A DNA stretch of 39,234 nt from a virus (Duplodnaviria > Caudoviricetes): IMG/VR virus record IMGVR_UViG_3300018420_001673, positions 1 through 39,234 of that record. The stretch is one strand, 5' to 3'. Numbering within the stretch: the first letter of the stretch is position 1; each line of letters opens with the position of its first letter. A program made the position numbers and the translations under genes. This document shows, piece by piece, positions 27,050-34,627 of the stretch. The notes under the pieces are model-generated. The model saw nothing but the letters and a program-made list of their open reading frames with translations. It did not search any database and was not told the DNA's origin.

Positions 27050-28150
27050 CTATTTCTTGTCTGCTGTGAACATGTAGTTGTTTTCGATGGCCCACTGCCC
27101 AAACTTGCCATTGCGTACAATGTCAGTGTGGAATTTGTAGTCGGGGTTCATCGCGCCCTGCACAAACATGGCCTGTGCCTCTTTGCTGAGCCGCCCCATG
27201 TAGTCCATCCAAGGGTTGACTAATTCGCGCTCCATCGCACCCAACACCTTGAACACCGTCATACACACCGCGCTCGCACCGTCTGGCACCTTGGCACCCG
27301 CTGGATCTTGCTTGATGGATTCGATGGATGGCAGTTGGTTTGCCATAGTCACAAACGCCATAAGATCCAAAGCGCCACGCGCACCGATGGCACCGATCAA
27401 CGCTGCGTGTAGTGCGTGCTCGCTCATGTTGACGCCCTTGGTCAGGATCTTGGACGCCGTGTGCAGCGACCTTGGTGTGATAAACGCCGCACGTTCTTCG
27501 CGTGGGTGGAAGATGTACGGGTTGTCCGATGGATCTTTAACTTCTTCAAAGCCTTGGAAGATGTGTGGGTACTCCTTGGCGAAACCCATGACGCTAGGAT
27601 TTAGTCCATTCGGGATCGCAAAGTCTACCAGCCACTCTTCTGCCGTTGGCTTGCGTGCCAACAGAGTAGACACACGGTTGCGTTGATGTGGTTCTAGCTT
27701 GTCGCCCACGTTCTCTGCACCGAGGTTGGTTGTCGCAAACACGATTGAGTCAGGGTGTAACTCGTAACTGCCTATCTTCCGCTCTAAGATCACACGTAGC
27801 AGCGAGTTCTTAACAGCCTTGTTCGCTTTGCCATACTCGTCAAGCATCAGGACAATGGGCTTGTTGATGTGCATACCCAGTTCCTCGTTGGTCAGGTATG
27901 TCACATAGCCTGTGCCATCGTCCATCTTGGCGATGTTCGGTATGGTGATGTCACCCAAGTCCTTGGTCGTACAGTCGAAGTAGCACCCCAAGTGTGTTGC
28001 GCCTAACTTCTTAATAAGCATCTTGAGAAGCTCCGACTTGCCGGTACCCATGTGCCCTTGGATAAGATAGGTCACGTCCATGCCCGTATCCATCAGGGTA
28101 TCTACAATGTCGTTCAAGCCGACTGCGTACATTTGTTCTGCTGAGTTCAT
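27050..28150 (-). CDS. MoxR-like AAA+ ATPase
   Basis: Walker A GHMGTGKS, Walker B LMLDE, sensor-1 TTN, R-finger NR, TPRS. Confidence 0.88.
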   Translation of the reverse strand: MNSAEQMYAVGLNDIVDTLMDTGMDVTYLIQGHMGTGKSELLKMLIKKLGATHLGCYFDCTTKDLGDITIPNIAKMDDGTGYVTYLTNEELGMHINKPIVLMLDEYGKANKAVKNSLLRVILERKIGSYELHPDSIVFATTNLGAENVGDKLEPHQRNRVSTLLARKPTAEEWLVDFAIPNGLNPSVMGFAKEYPHIFQGFEEVKDPSDNPYIFHPREERAAFITPRSLHTASKILTKGVNMSEHALHAALIGAIGARGALDLMAFVTMANQLPSIESIKQDPAGAKVPDGASAVCMTVFKVLGAMERELVNPWMDYMGRLSKEAQAMFVQGAMNPDYKFHTDIVRNGKFGQWAIENNYMFTADKK

Positions 28151-28169
28151 TTGGTTCTCCTTGTTCCAG

Positions 28170-29264
28170 CTATTGGTCTAGTGACGGAAGCGCAGACAAC
28201 ACTTCGTCAATTTGTTGTTTAGTAGTTACTCGCAAACTCTCGTTTGTCTTGAGCATGTCTGCTGTCAGGGTTCGCCCTTGTAGGGCTTGGTTGAGTTGCC
28301 GCCTAACTTCTCGCATGGTGTTGTCACCACCGAAGTTGAACCGCTCCAGCACGTCGATCATGTCCACCACATTGTTCAACACTGGATCGCCCCACTTCTT
28401 GTAGTCGGGATTTTTAGTACTGCTCGTACCAGAATATGCCAGCCTCTCCGACAGCGTAACCAGCTTGCCGGTTAGTTCGCCCATGATGGTCTTTGAGAAT
28501 CCCTGCATCAGCTTGGTGTGCTGCTGCTTGTAGAAGTCACTGATAACCTCATGGCCCTCGTCCACCACGTCGGTGCGCCAATCGGGTGTGATCTGCTGGA
28601 TCTCAAAGTCGATGTAGAACATCTTACGAAGCTCGTCCTTGGGCGGGTAATCGTCAGGGTTGAACAGACTGTCCACGCTACCCTGTAGCCGTACCTGCTC
28701 ATCAACTACCGCATCATCGTAATCGACCCACACAAACTGATCTGCTGCACGTTCAAAGTCGTTCTTGATCGCAGTCATGGTTGTGATGAATGGCGGTATG
28801 TCTTGGTTGGGCATTGCACCCCCACCTTTTACCCACGGTTTAGTCGCACGGTAGTACGTGTTACGCGCTAGGCCACTGAGTCGCTTGGCCTCGAGGAAAG
28901 ACTTGCAGTTGGGCAGTAGTATCTTACCGCCGAACACACCTTCGGTAGCCAGACCGTTGGCTTGTCTGATCTGCGCTGTGGCTTTGAGGTCACGCCGTTG
29001 GTTGTTCCACACGCCTGTATGAAACGTTACGACTGCTGCCGCTTCACGCATGGTGGGCGCACTGACTGTCGAGGACTGTATGTCCTGTAATTCAGTGTAA
29101 TCCACACTAACTTCTTTATCAGGAACACCTTCATCTTTGGGCGCGAAAGGTACCTCTTCCGCAAACGGGAATACCGTCTGCTCTTCTTCGTTGATCTTAC
29201 TCAACTCTTCATGCTCGTCCATTGCTGGCTCCTCGGTTATTAAGTTTCCAAACTCGGTTATCAT
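28170..29264 (-). CDS. Conserved helical protein upstream of the AAA/vWA pair (DUF3150-like)
   Basis: 364 aa from ATG 29264 (GGAGAATC RBS, ATGA coupling); T.PW and LFNPDDYP motifs. Confidence 0.65.
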   Translation of the reverse strand: MITEFGNLITEEPAMDEHEELSKINEEEQTVFPFAEEVPFAPKDEGVPDKEVSVDYTELQDIQSSTVSAPTMREAAAVVTFHTGVWNNQRRDLKATAQIRQANGLATEGVFGGKILLPNCKSFLEAKRLSGLARNTYYRATKPWVKGGGAMPNQDIPPFITTMTAIKNDFERAADQFVWVDYDDAVVDEQVRLQGSVDSLFNPDDYPPKDELRKMFYIDFEIQQITPDWRTDVVDEGHEVISDFYKQQHTKLMQGFSKTIMGELTGKLVTLSERLAYSGTSSTKNPDYKKWGDPVLNNVVDMIDVLERFNFGGDNTMREVRRQLNQALQGRTLTADMLKTNESLRVTTKQQIDEVLSALPSLDQ

Positions 29265-29458
29265 TTGCGATTCTCCAATTGCAAAAAGAAATAAACGACT
29301 GAGAAAGTCACAGTCGCGGTGAAACACACCCAGAAGGTTGCTGCGTGTGTATGGCTTACAGGCACGGCGATGTCCTCGACCACACCCAGTAATGCTATGT
29401 AGGTCATAAGACCTGAGAAGAGGGCGATGCCCCCTGTTACTTTTTCTAGTTCCTTCAT
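29261..29458 (-). CDS. Small membrane protein with two hydrophobic segments
   Basis: GGIALFSGLMTYIALLGVV and FWVCFTATVTFSVVYFFL; GGAG RBS. Confidence 0.7.
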   Translation of the reverse strand: MKELEKVTGGIALFSGLMTYIALLGVVEDIAVPVSHTHAATFWVCFTATVTFSVVYFFLQLENRK

Positions 29459-29700
29459 AACTACTTCTCCCCCCAAATAAGCTGCTCTGTTACGCTCGCT
29501 ATGCGGTCAAGTTTGGCCTCAACGACGTGGGGCTTACCCTTAGCGAGTGCTGTCAAAGAGACCTTGGCCTCTTCATGGATGTCGTTTAGCGCACGACGGT
29601 ACTTGGCATGAATTGCCGATACCTCAAACTTGTGATGTATGCGTTCATGCCGCTTCGCTTCATCCACCAAACTTCTTTCTAGTTCCTTCATAACTACTTC
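29443..29700. repeat. Perfect 25-bp direct repeat (29443-29467 and 29676-29700) flanking the 76-aa gene
   Basis: TTTCTAGTTCCTTCATAACTACTTC occurs twice. Confidence 0.95.
29461..29691 (-). CDS. Small hypothetical protein
   Basis: 76-aa ORF tightly packed in the operon. Confidence 0.7.
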   Translation of the reverse strand: MKELERSLVDEAKRHERIHHKFEVSAIHAKYRRALNDIHEEAKVSLTALAKGKPHVVEAKLDRIASVTEQLIWGEK

Positions 29701-29954
29701 CCAATGTATTGAATGTCAGACGCGGGTATCACTTGATACGCGCCCTTGTTGTAGGCAGGTGCCACAGTGAATGTGGACTGCTCAGTTTTAGTACGGGCTG
29801 TACTAGATTCGGCTGTCGGGGATGACAGCTTGCGCGATGGATACACCTCACGATGTTCGACCATGCGCTCTTGCCCAAGTGTGGGCTGCACAGAGAGTGC
29901 GCGGAACGGACGTGCGGGACGCCGTGGCTTGCGGATTGGTTTGTATCTTCTCAA
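29694..29954 (-). CDS. Conserved phage hypothetical protein (APAYNKGAYQVI motif); first gene of the early operon
   Basis: GGAGG RBS, TTG start, recognisable C-terminal motif. Confidence 0.75.
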   Translation of the reverse strand: MRRYKPIRKPRRPARPFRALSVQPTLGQERMVEHREVYPSRKLSSPTAESSTARTKTEQSTFTVAPAYNKGAYQVIPASDIQYIGK

Positions 29955-30003
29955 GACTGAAAACCTCCAAAGTAAAAATTTTGAATTGTCGAATTGCCCT
30001 ACT

Positions 30004-30032
30004 ATTATAACATGTTACACAGGTAATGTCAA
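30004..30032 (-). promoter_or_regulatory. Perfect sigma70 promoter TTGACA-N17-TATAAT with extended -10 TGn
   Basis: Minus strand reads TTGACAttacctgtgtaacaTGtTATAAT, 50 nt upstream of the first early gene. Confidence 0.9.
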
Positions 30033-30060
30033 GTGATGTCAGATTGTGTTATTTGGGAGT

Positions 30061-30442
30061 AAGTAACGTAATGTACTGTAATGTACTGTAATGTTCCTAA
30101 ATTGTTCTTACAGGTGGGTGCGCAAGTACTTGATATATAAGTAATGTTCTAATGTAGTAGAAATTTTGGAAAATTTAGGGGCTGTGAAGGGTGAGAAAAA
30201 AGAGGGTGGAATCGCTTGTAGAGGGGGAGAAAATAAAATTTTTCCAAAATGTCGCCATACTTTTCTACTACATTAGAACATTACAAAAAAATTATTTATA
30301 TATATACAATAAATTAGTTTAGTTAATACTAGATACCACCAGATACAACTGGATGATACGTTTGTAATGTTCGTTTTTGGCTAAAAATTTGCGAACATTA
30401 TAAGAACATTGCAAGAACATTAGGGCTTTTTTGCGAACATTA
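30061..30442. other. Candidate replication origin: TAATGT(T/A)C iterons, 23-bp inverted repeat, AT-rich core
   Basis: Iterons at 30068, 30078, 30088, 30141 and 30364, with inverted copies near 30276, 30393, 30404, 30415 and 30435; inverted repeat 30141-30163/30262-30284. Confidence 0.65.
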
Positions 30443-30581
30443 GGACGCGACGCAACTTTCATCACTGGTTTCAAAGAATTAGTCTGTTCCGTACTAAATT
30501 CTTACAGTGCAACACACGTTGAGTTTCTACGACCCAAGCGCGACAGTGGGACGCGGCGCAACATTTATCACTGGTTTCAAA
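30443..30581. repeat. 33-bp direct repeat (30/33 identical) at 30443-30475 and 30549-30581
   Basis: GGACGCG(A/G)CGCAAC(T/A)TT(C/T)ATCACTGGTTTCAAA. Confidence 0.9.
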
Positions 30582-30589
30582 AAGAAACC

Positions 30590-30641
30590 AAAAAAAAGGC
30601 CCCGCCGAGGCGGAGCCGAATGGATGGCCCCCGAAGGGGCC
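30590..30641 (-). terminator. Rho-independent terminator preceded by a cUUCGg hairpin
   Basis: GGCCCC-UUCG-GGGGCC, then GGCUCCGC-CUCG-GCGGGGCC followed by U8, right after the stop of 30649..31335. Confidence 0.9.
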
Positions 30642-30648
30642 GGTCGGT

Positions 30649-31335
30649 TTAGCTGTCGTCGGACTCTTCACCATACTTGGCTAGTTCATCTTCGATCTGG
30701 CGTAGGTATGATGCGATCTTCATCATGCCACCATCTTGGAAGTCGTCGCGGTATTTTTCCGCGCCTTCTTCGGGCTGCACAATTTTTTGGAATGCCGCTA
30801 CTGCTTTTACCGATGCATCAACCGCGCTGGGTAATGGTGGGTTTATCTGCAATTGCTCTTCCTCTGTAAGATCCTCGCCCGCATCCTGCTTGGCTTGGAT
30901 TGCTAGCACGGCGGCATCGCGCTCGGCAGTAGTCAATCGGCTGATTAGCCTGTTGAATTTACCGTTCCAGATTGCGCGGGTATCCGATAGCGTGGCGGCT
31001 TGGGTACTGCTTAGCGCCTTCTTCGCCTTGGGTAGACTACCCTTCGCGTCACGATACGCTCGGGCTATAGTCGGTGTCGTTACCGATCCGACATAAGTGC
31101 AGAAGATGTCGAGCCGCCATTCCGCGAAGATGCCGCCATGCTTGGATGCATACCCAGCGGACAATCGTTCCACGGTTATGCGGTCGGATTCTGGCGCGTC
31201 GGCATTGTGCGCGGCAATCGCCTCATCCAATGAGCGCTCGGCTTTCGCGTCGGCCTTGCCAGCCTTGCCATCGGCAATGATTGCTTCGCGGATGGACTCA
31301 GGTAATGGTGGTAAATTGTGATTAAAATCAGTCAT
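30649..31335 (-). CDS. Monocistronic hypothetical protein (228 aa, Ala-rich, acidic C-terminus)
   Basis: Long ORF with its own candidate promoter and terminator. Confidence 0.8.
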   Translation of the reverse strand: MTDFNHNLPPLPESIREAIIADGKAGKADAKAERSLDEAIAAHNADAPESDRITVERLSAGYASKHGGIFAEWRLDIFCTYVGSVTTPTIARAYRDAKGSLPKAKKALSSTQAATLSDTRAIWNGKFNRLISRLTTAERDAAVLAIQAKQDAGEDLTEEEQLQINPPLPSAVDASVKAVAAFQKIVQPEEGAEKYRDDFQDGGMMKIASYLRQIEDELAKYGEESDDS

Positions 31336-31386
31336 TTTTTTCGTTCCAAGTAGTTTTAGTTAATGTCGATTAATTCGACCTAATTT

Positions 31387-31414
31387 AGTTTAATGATATT
31401 TAGTTAAAAGTCAA
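31387..31414 (-). promoter_or_regulatory. Candidate sigma70 promoter TTGACT-N16-TAAACT
   Basis: AT-rich region about 50 nt upstream of the 228-aa gene. Confidence 0.6.
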
Positions 31415-31437
31415 TTCTAGTCCAGACCAGACTAGAA
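31415..31437. promoter_or_regulatory. Palindrome TTCTAGTC-N7-GACTAGAA (candidate operator, copy 2)
   Basis: Abuts the -35 element; the 21-nt core is 19/21 identical to 23294-23314. Confidence 0.6.
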
Positions 31438-31605
31438 ACGGCGCATCGCAGACCCTACCCTACCCCTATAGGCCGCTGTCTAGCACCGGAGTCCCATGCG
31501 CGTATGTATTACTAATTCCCACGAATAAATCGGTTTTCCACCAATTCCGAGACCCCACCCCCCTCTATATAGGAACACCCCCCTATAGGAGTCCCAACCT
31601 CCTGA

Positions 31606-31633
31606 TTGTAAAAAATTTTTTGTTGTGTATATT
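31606..31633 (+). promoter_or_regulatory. Possible late promoter TTGTAA-N16-TATATT
   Basis: Partial consensus about 30 nt upstream of terS. Confidence 0.35.
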
Positions 31634-31665
31634 CAGCGCAACGGCTCAACGCCAGCGAACAATTT

Positions 31666-32271
31666 ATGACCTTGCATATAGAACCTGAGATCGGTGTACC
31701 TATAGATGCTGATACTCCCTATGAAGATCTTAGGGAGCGTGCCGAAGCAGCGTGCAATACCGCAGAAGAACTAGCGGAGCACGGGTTGGATATAGAGCCA
31801 ACGAGGGAAGATAAGGATGTAGCGGCAAAACTAGCCGCTGCGTATGCAGATGACCCCGAAACAACGTCCAAAAAAGTAACAACTAAGCGTGCAGCTACTC
31901 TAACCCCTGCATCTCTTGTACTTACTAACCACATACTCAACGAGTTCGGCCACTCTGTAGCGGAAAGCGCTACTCAGATACGGCACCTAGTCACAAATAA
32001 GCTACTGCTGGAGTCTGAGAACGACGACCCGCGCATACGCATACGTGCATTAGAGTTACTGGGTAAGATTTCAGACGTGGGATTGTTTGCTGAGAAGTCA
32101 GAAGTTACAATAACGCATCAGTCAACTGACGACCTACGCGCAAAGCTACGGTCTAAATTAGAAAAACTGGTCAACCCTGAAGACGATATTGAAGATGCTG
32201 TTGTCATAGACACCTCACCTATAGATGTCGAAGCAGAAATAGCGGGGTTAGACGACGAGTACGATGACTGA
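31666..32271 (+). CDS. terS: Probable terminase small subunit
   Basis: Directly upstream of and overlapping terL; RIRALELLGK...GLF.EK.EV motif. Confidence 0.75.
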   Translation: MTLHIEPEIGVPIDADTPYEDLRERAEAACNTAEELAEHGLDIEPTREDKDVAAKLAAAYADDPETTSKKVTTKRAATLTPASLVLTNHILNEFGHSVAESATQIRHLVTNKLLLESENDDPRIRIRALELLGKISDVGLFAEKSEVTITHQSTDDLRAKLRSKLEKLVNPEDDIEDAVVIDTSPIDVEAEIAGLDDEYDD

Positions 32272-33817
32272 AGCTGTCTTCGATTTTACTGAAGAGGAGA
32301 TCCAGCAGATGCTGGATAACTTGGATGTATATACGCCAGAAGAAGTAGCTGAGATAGATCGACTTGTTGACGAGTTAGATGCACGTAGGCGCAACCAAGC
32401 AGCCTACGATGACCTAATAGAGTTCTGCAAACGTATGCAGCCCGACTTTATTGTCGGTAAACACCACAGAATACTAGCCGACATGCTCATGGATATTGAG
32501 CAAGGTAACAAAGATCGTATATGCGTGAACATTCCCCCTCGACATGGGAAGTCAAACCTCGTGTCTATCATGTACCCAGCGTGGTTTTTAGGGAGAAACC
32601 CGAACAAGAAGGTGATGATGGTGTCCCACACCACCGATCTAGCGGTAGATTTTGGTCGGAAGGTGCGAAATCTGATTGCAACGGACGAGTATGCGACGAT
32701 ATTCCCCACTGTGAAGCTAGCGGTAGACTCAAAATCGGCTGGACGTTGGAACACAAGCGTTGGCGGAGAGTATTACGCCTGTGGAATTGGCTCATCCATC
32801 GCCGGACGGGGCGCGGACTTGCTTTTAGTGGACGATCCGCACTCAGAACAGGACGTAATCAACGGTAATTTCGAGGTTTTTGCCAAAGCATACGATTGGT
32901 TCACGTTTGGAGCGCGTACTCGTCTCATGCCGGGGGGTCGTGTAGCCATAATTCAGACCAGATGGCACATGGATGACCTAACTGGGCGCGTAACCAAGGA
33001 TATGGGGCAGAATGAGCGGGCAGATCAGTATGAAATCGTAGAATTTCCTGCAATTTTGGACATAGAGGACGAAGAAACGGGCGAGATAGTGGAGAAACCG
33101 CTGTGGCCTGAGTTTTTTGACCTAGAAGCACTGCTGCGTACCAAGGCATCCATGCCTACATTCCAGTGGAACGCGCAATACCAGCAAGAACCTACCGCAG
33201 AAGAAGCCGCATTGGTCAAACGCGAGTGGTGGCAGATATGGGATCAGGATAACCCGCCCAGTTGTGAGTACATAATCATGTCACTGGACGCCGCAGCCGA
33301 GACCCACAACCGTGCGGACTACACAGCGCTTACTACGTGGGGTGTGTTTATGAATGAAGACGTAGATGCGTACAATATAGTGCTGCTCAACAGTATAAAG
33401 AAGCGCCTAGAGTTCCCAGATCTGAAAGACATGGCTATGGAAGAGTACATGGAGTGGGAGCCAGACGCATTCATAGTGGAGAAGAAGTCAGCAGGTACGG
33501 CGCTGTATCAGGAGATGCGTCGTATGGGCTTACCCGTGTCTGAATACACACCACACAGAGGGTCAGGTGACAAACTGGCACGATTAAACTCAGTAGCGGA
33601 TATTGTAGCAAGTGGTATATGCTGGGTGCCTCCTACGAGGTGGGCAGAAGAAGTAATTGAAGAAATCGCTGGATTCCCATTTATGAGCCACGATGACTTG
33701 GTTGACTCCACGGTCATGGCGCTTATGCGTTTTAGACAGGGAGGGTTCATACGCCTACCGACAGACGAGCCTGAAGAGCAGCGATATTTTAAGTCGCGTA
33801 GAGGTGGGTATTACTAA
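32264..33817 (+). CDS. terL: Terminase large subunit
   Basis: Walker A PPRHGKS, GRGADLLLVDDP, QTRWH.DDL.G, YQQ.P, nuclease motifs SLDAA and HDDLVDS. Confidence 0.95.
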   Translation: MTEAVFDFTEEEIQQMLDNLDVYTPEEVAEIDRLVDELDARRRNQAAYDDLIEFCKRMQPDFIVGKHHRILADMLMDIEQGNKDRICVNIPPRHGKSNLVSIMYPAWFLGRNPNKKVMMVSHTTDLAVDFGRKVRNLIATDEYATIFPTVKLAVDSKSAGRWNTSVGGEYYACGIGSSIAGRGADLLLVDDPHSEQDVINGNFEVFAKAYDWFTFGARTRLMPGGRVAIIQTRWHMDDLTGRVTKDMGQNERADQYEIVEFPAILDIEDEETGEIVEKPLWPEFFDLEALLRTKASMPTFQWNAQYQQEPTAEEAALVKREWWQIWDQDNPPSCEYIIMSLDAAAETHNRADYTALTTWGVFMNEDVDAYNIVLLNSIKKRLEFPDLKDMAMEEYMEWEPDAFIVEKKSAGTALYQEMRRMGLPVSEYTPHRGSGDKLARLNSVADIVASGICWVPPTRWAEEVIEEIAGFPFMSHDDLVDSTVMALMRFRQGGFIRLPTDEPEEQRYFKSRRGGYY

Positions 33818-34617
33818 TGGCTATAATTCAAGAACTAAAAGACCACATCGCTAAAGGGTCTCCTGAGTCTAAACCCGTGCTTACTAAGGCAGCGAATAAG
33901 ATGTCTGAAGCACAACAGAGGGATTTTTTGGCTTCTTTGCGGGGGGCCGACGCAGAGTTCCAGATGGAAGTAGCGCCTTATATGCCGAAAGGTTCAACGA
34001 TTGACCCTTCACGAGCCAGACTAAAAGCATTCCCTAAAGAAGCGGGTATAGGCCCGAAAGGGCTTACATCAATGGGTATTTCAACCAAAGGTGTTACAGA
34101 CCCCGAACGACTTAAAGAAAGATTTGAGGGGTATGAGATACAATATGAGCCTGACACAGTAACCGCCCTAGAAGCGGCAAATGCAAACCCACGTGTTTTT
34201 TCACATGAGTATAGGCATTTTGAGGGTACAGACGCCGATATGGAACTGTTAAACAGAGTTCAAGATGTTATGGCGTCCCAAAATAAAAAAGACTTAGCTA
34301 AAAGCACGCGCTTGTTAGCCGGATATGCATACAGTATGGCAACGGCTAATAGGTTCCGGGGAAGTGATGAAGATGATGAGACCGAGAAACTAGACATTAA
34401 ACCGTACCGAGATGCTTACAATGCGACTATTGACGGTACAGAAGAAGATATAGCTAGAAGCGCACAAGAGCTTTTAGCTAGTCCTTTAGTATCTAAGTTT
34501 ATGGGCTTTAGGAGCTTTCAGAGAATGCTACCTAGAGTAGCCGTTGGGCCGTATTTTAAGAAGAATGTTGAAATGCCAGAAGGGTACCGCGCAGGCGGAC
34601 GCACAAGACTAATTTGA
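33817..34617 (+). CDS. Hypothetical HExxH (zincin-like) protein with C-terminal YRAGGRTRLI motif
   Basis: VFSHEYRH with HExxH at 34204-34218; TAATG coupling to terL. Confidence 0.7.
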   Translation: MAIIQELKDHIAKGSPESKPVLTKAANKMSEAQQRDFLASLRGADAEFQMEVAPYMPKGSTIDPSRARLKAFPKEAGIGPKGLTSMGISTKGVTDPERLKERFEGYEIQYEPDTVTALEAANANPRVFSHEYRHFEGTDADMELLNRVQDVMASQNKKDLAKSTRLLAGYAYSMATANRFRGSDEDDETEKLDIKPYRDAYNATIDGTEEDIARSAQELLASPLVSKFMGFRSFQRMLPRVAVGPYFKKNVEMPEGYRAGGRTRLI

Positions 34618-34627
34618 GGACTGACTG

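Noticed and set aside
30443-30581. Mini-CRISPR array
   Set aside because: Only two imperfect repeats with a 73-nt spacer and no cas operon. The Cas4-like gene is a typical phage replication exonuclease.
30431-31321. Several + strand ORFs and the 67-aa minus ORF around the 228-aa gene
   Set aside because: They overlap repeats, the terminator or the better-supported minus-strand gene.
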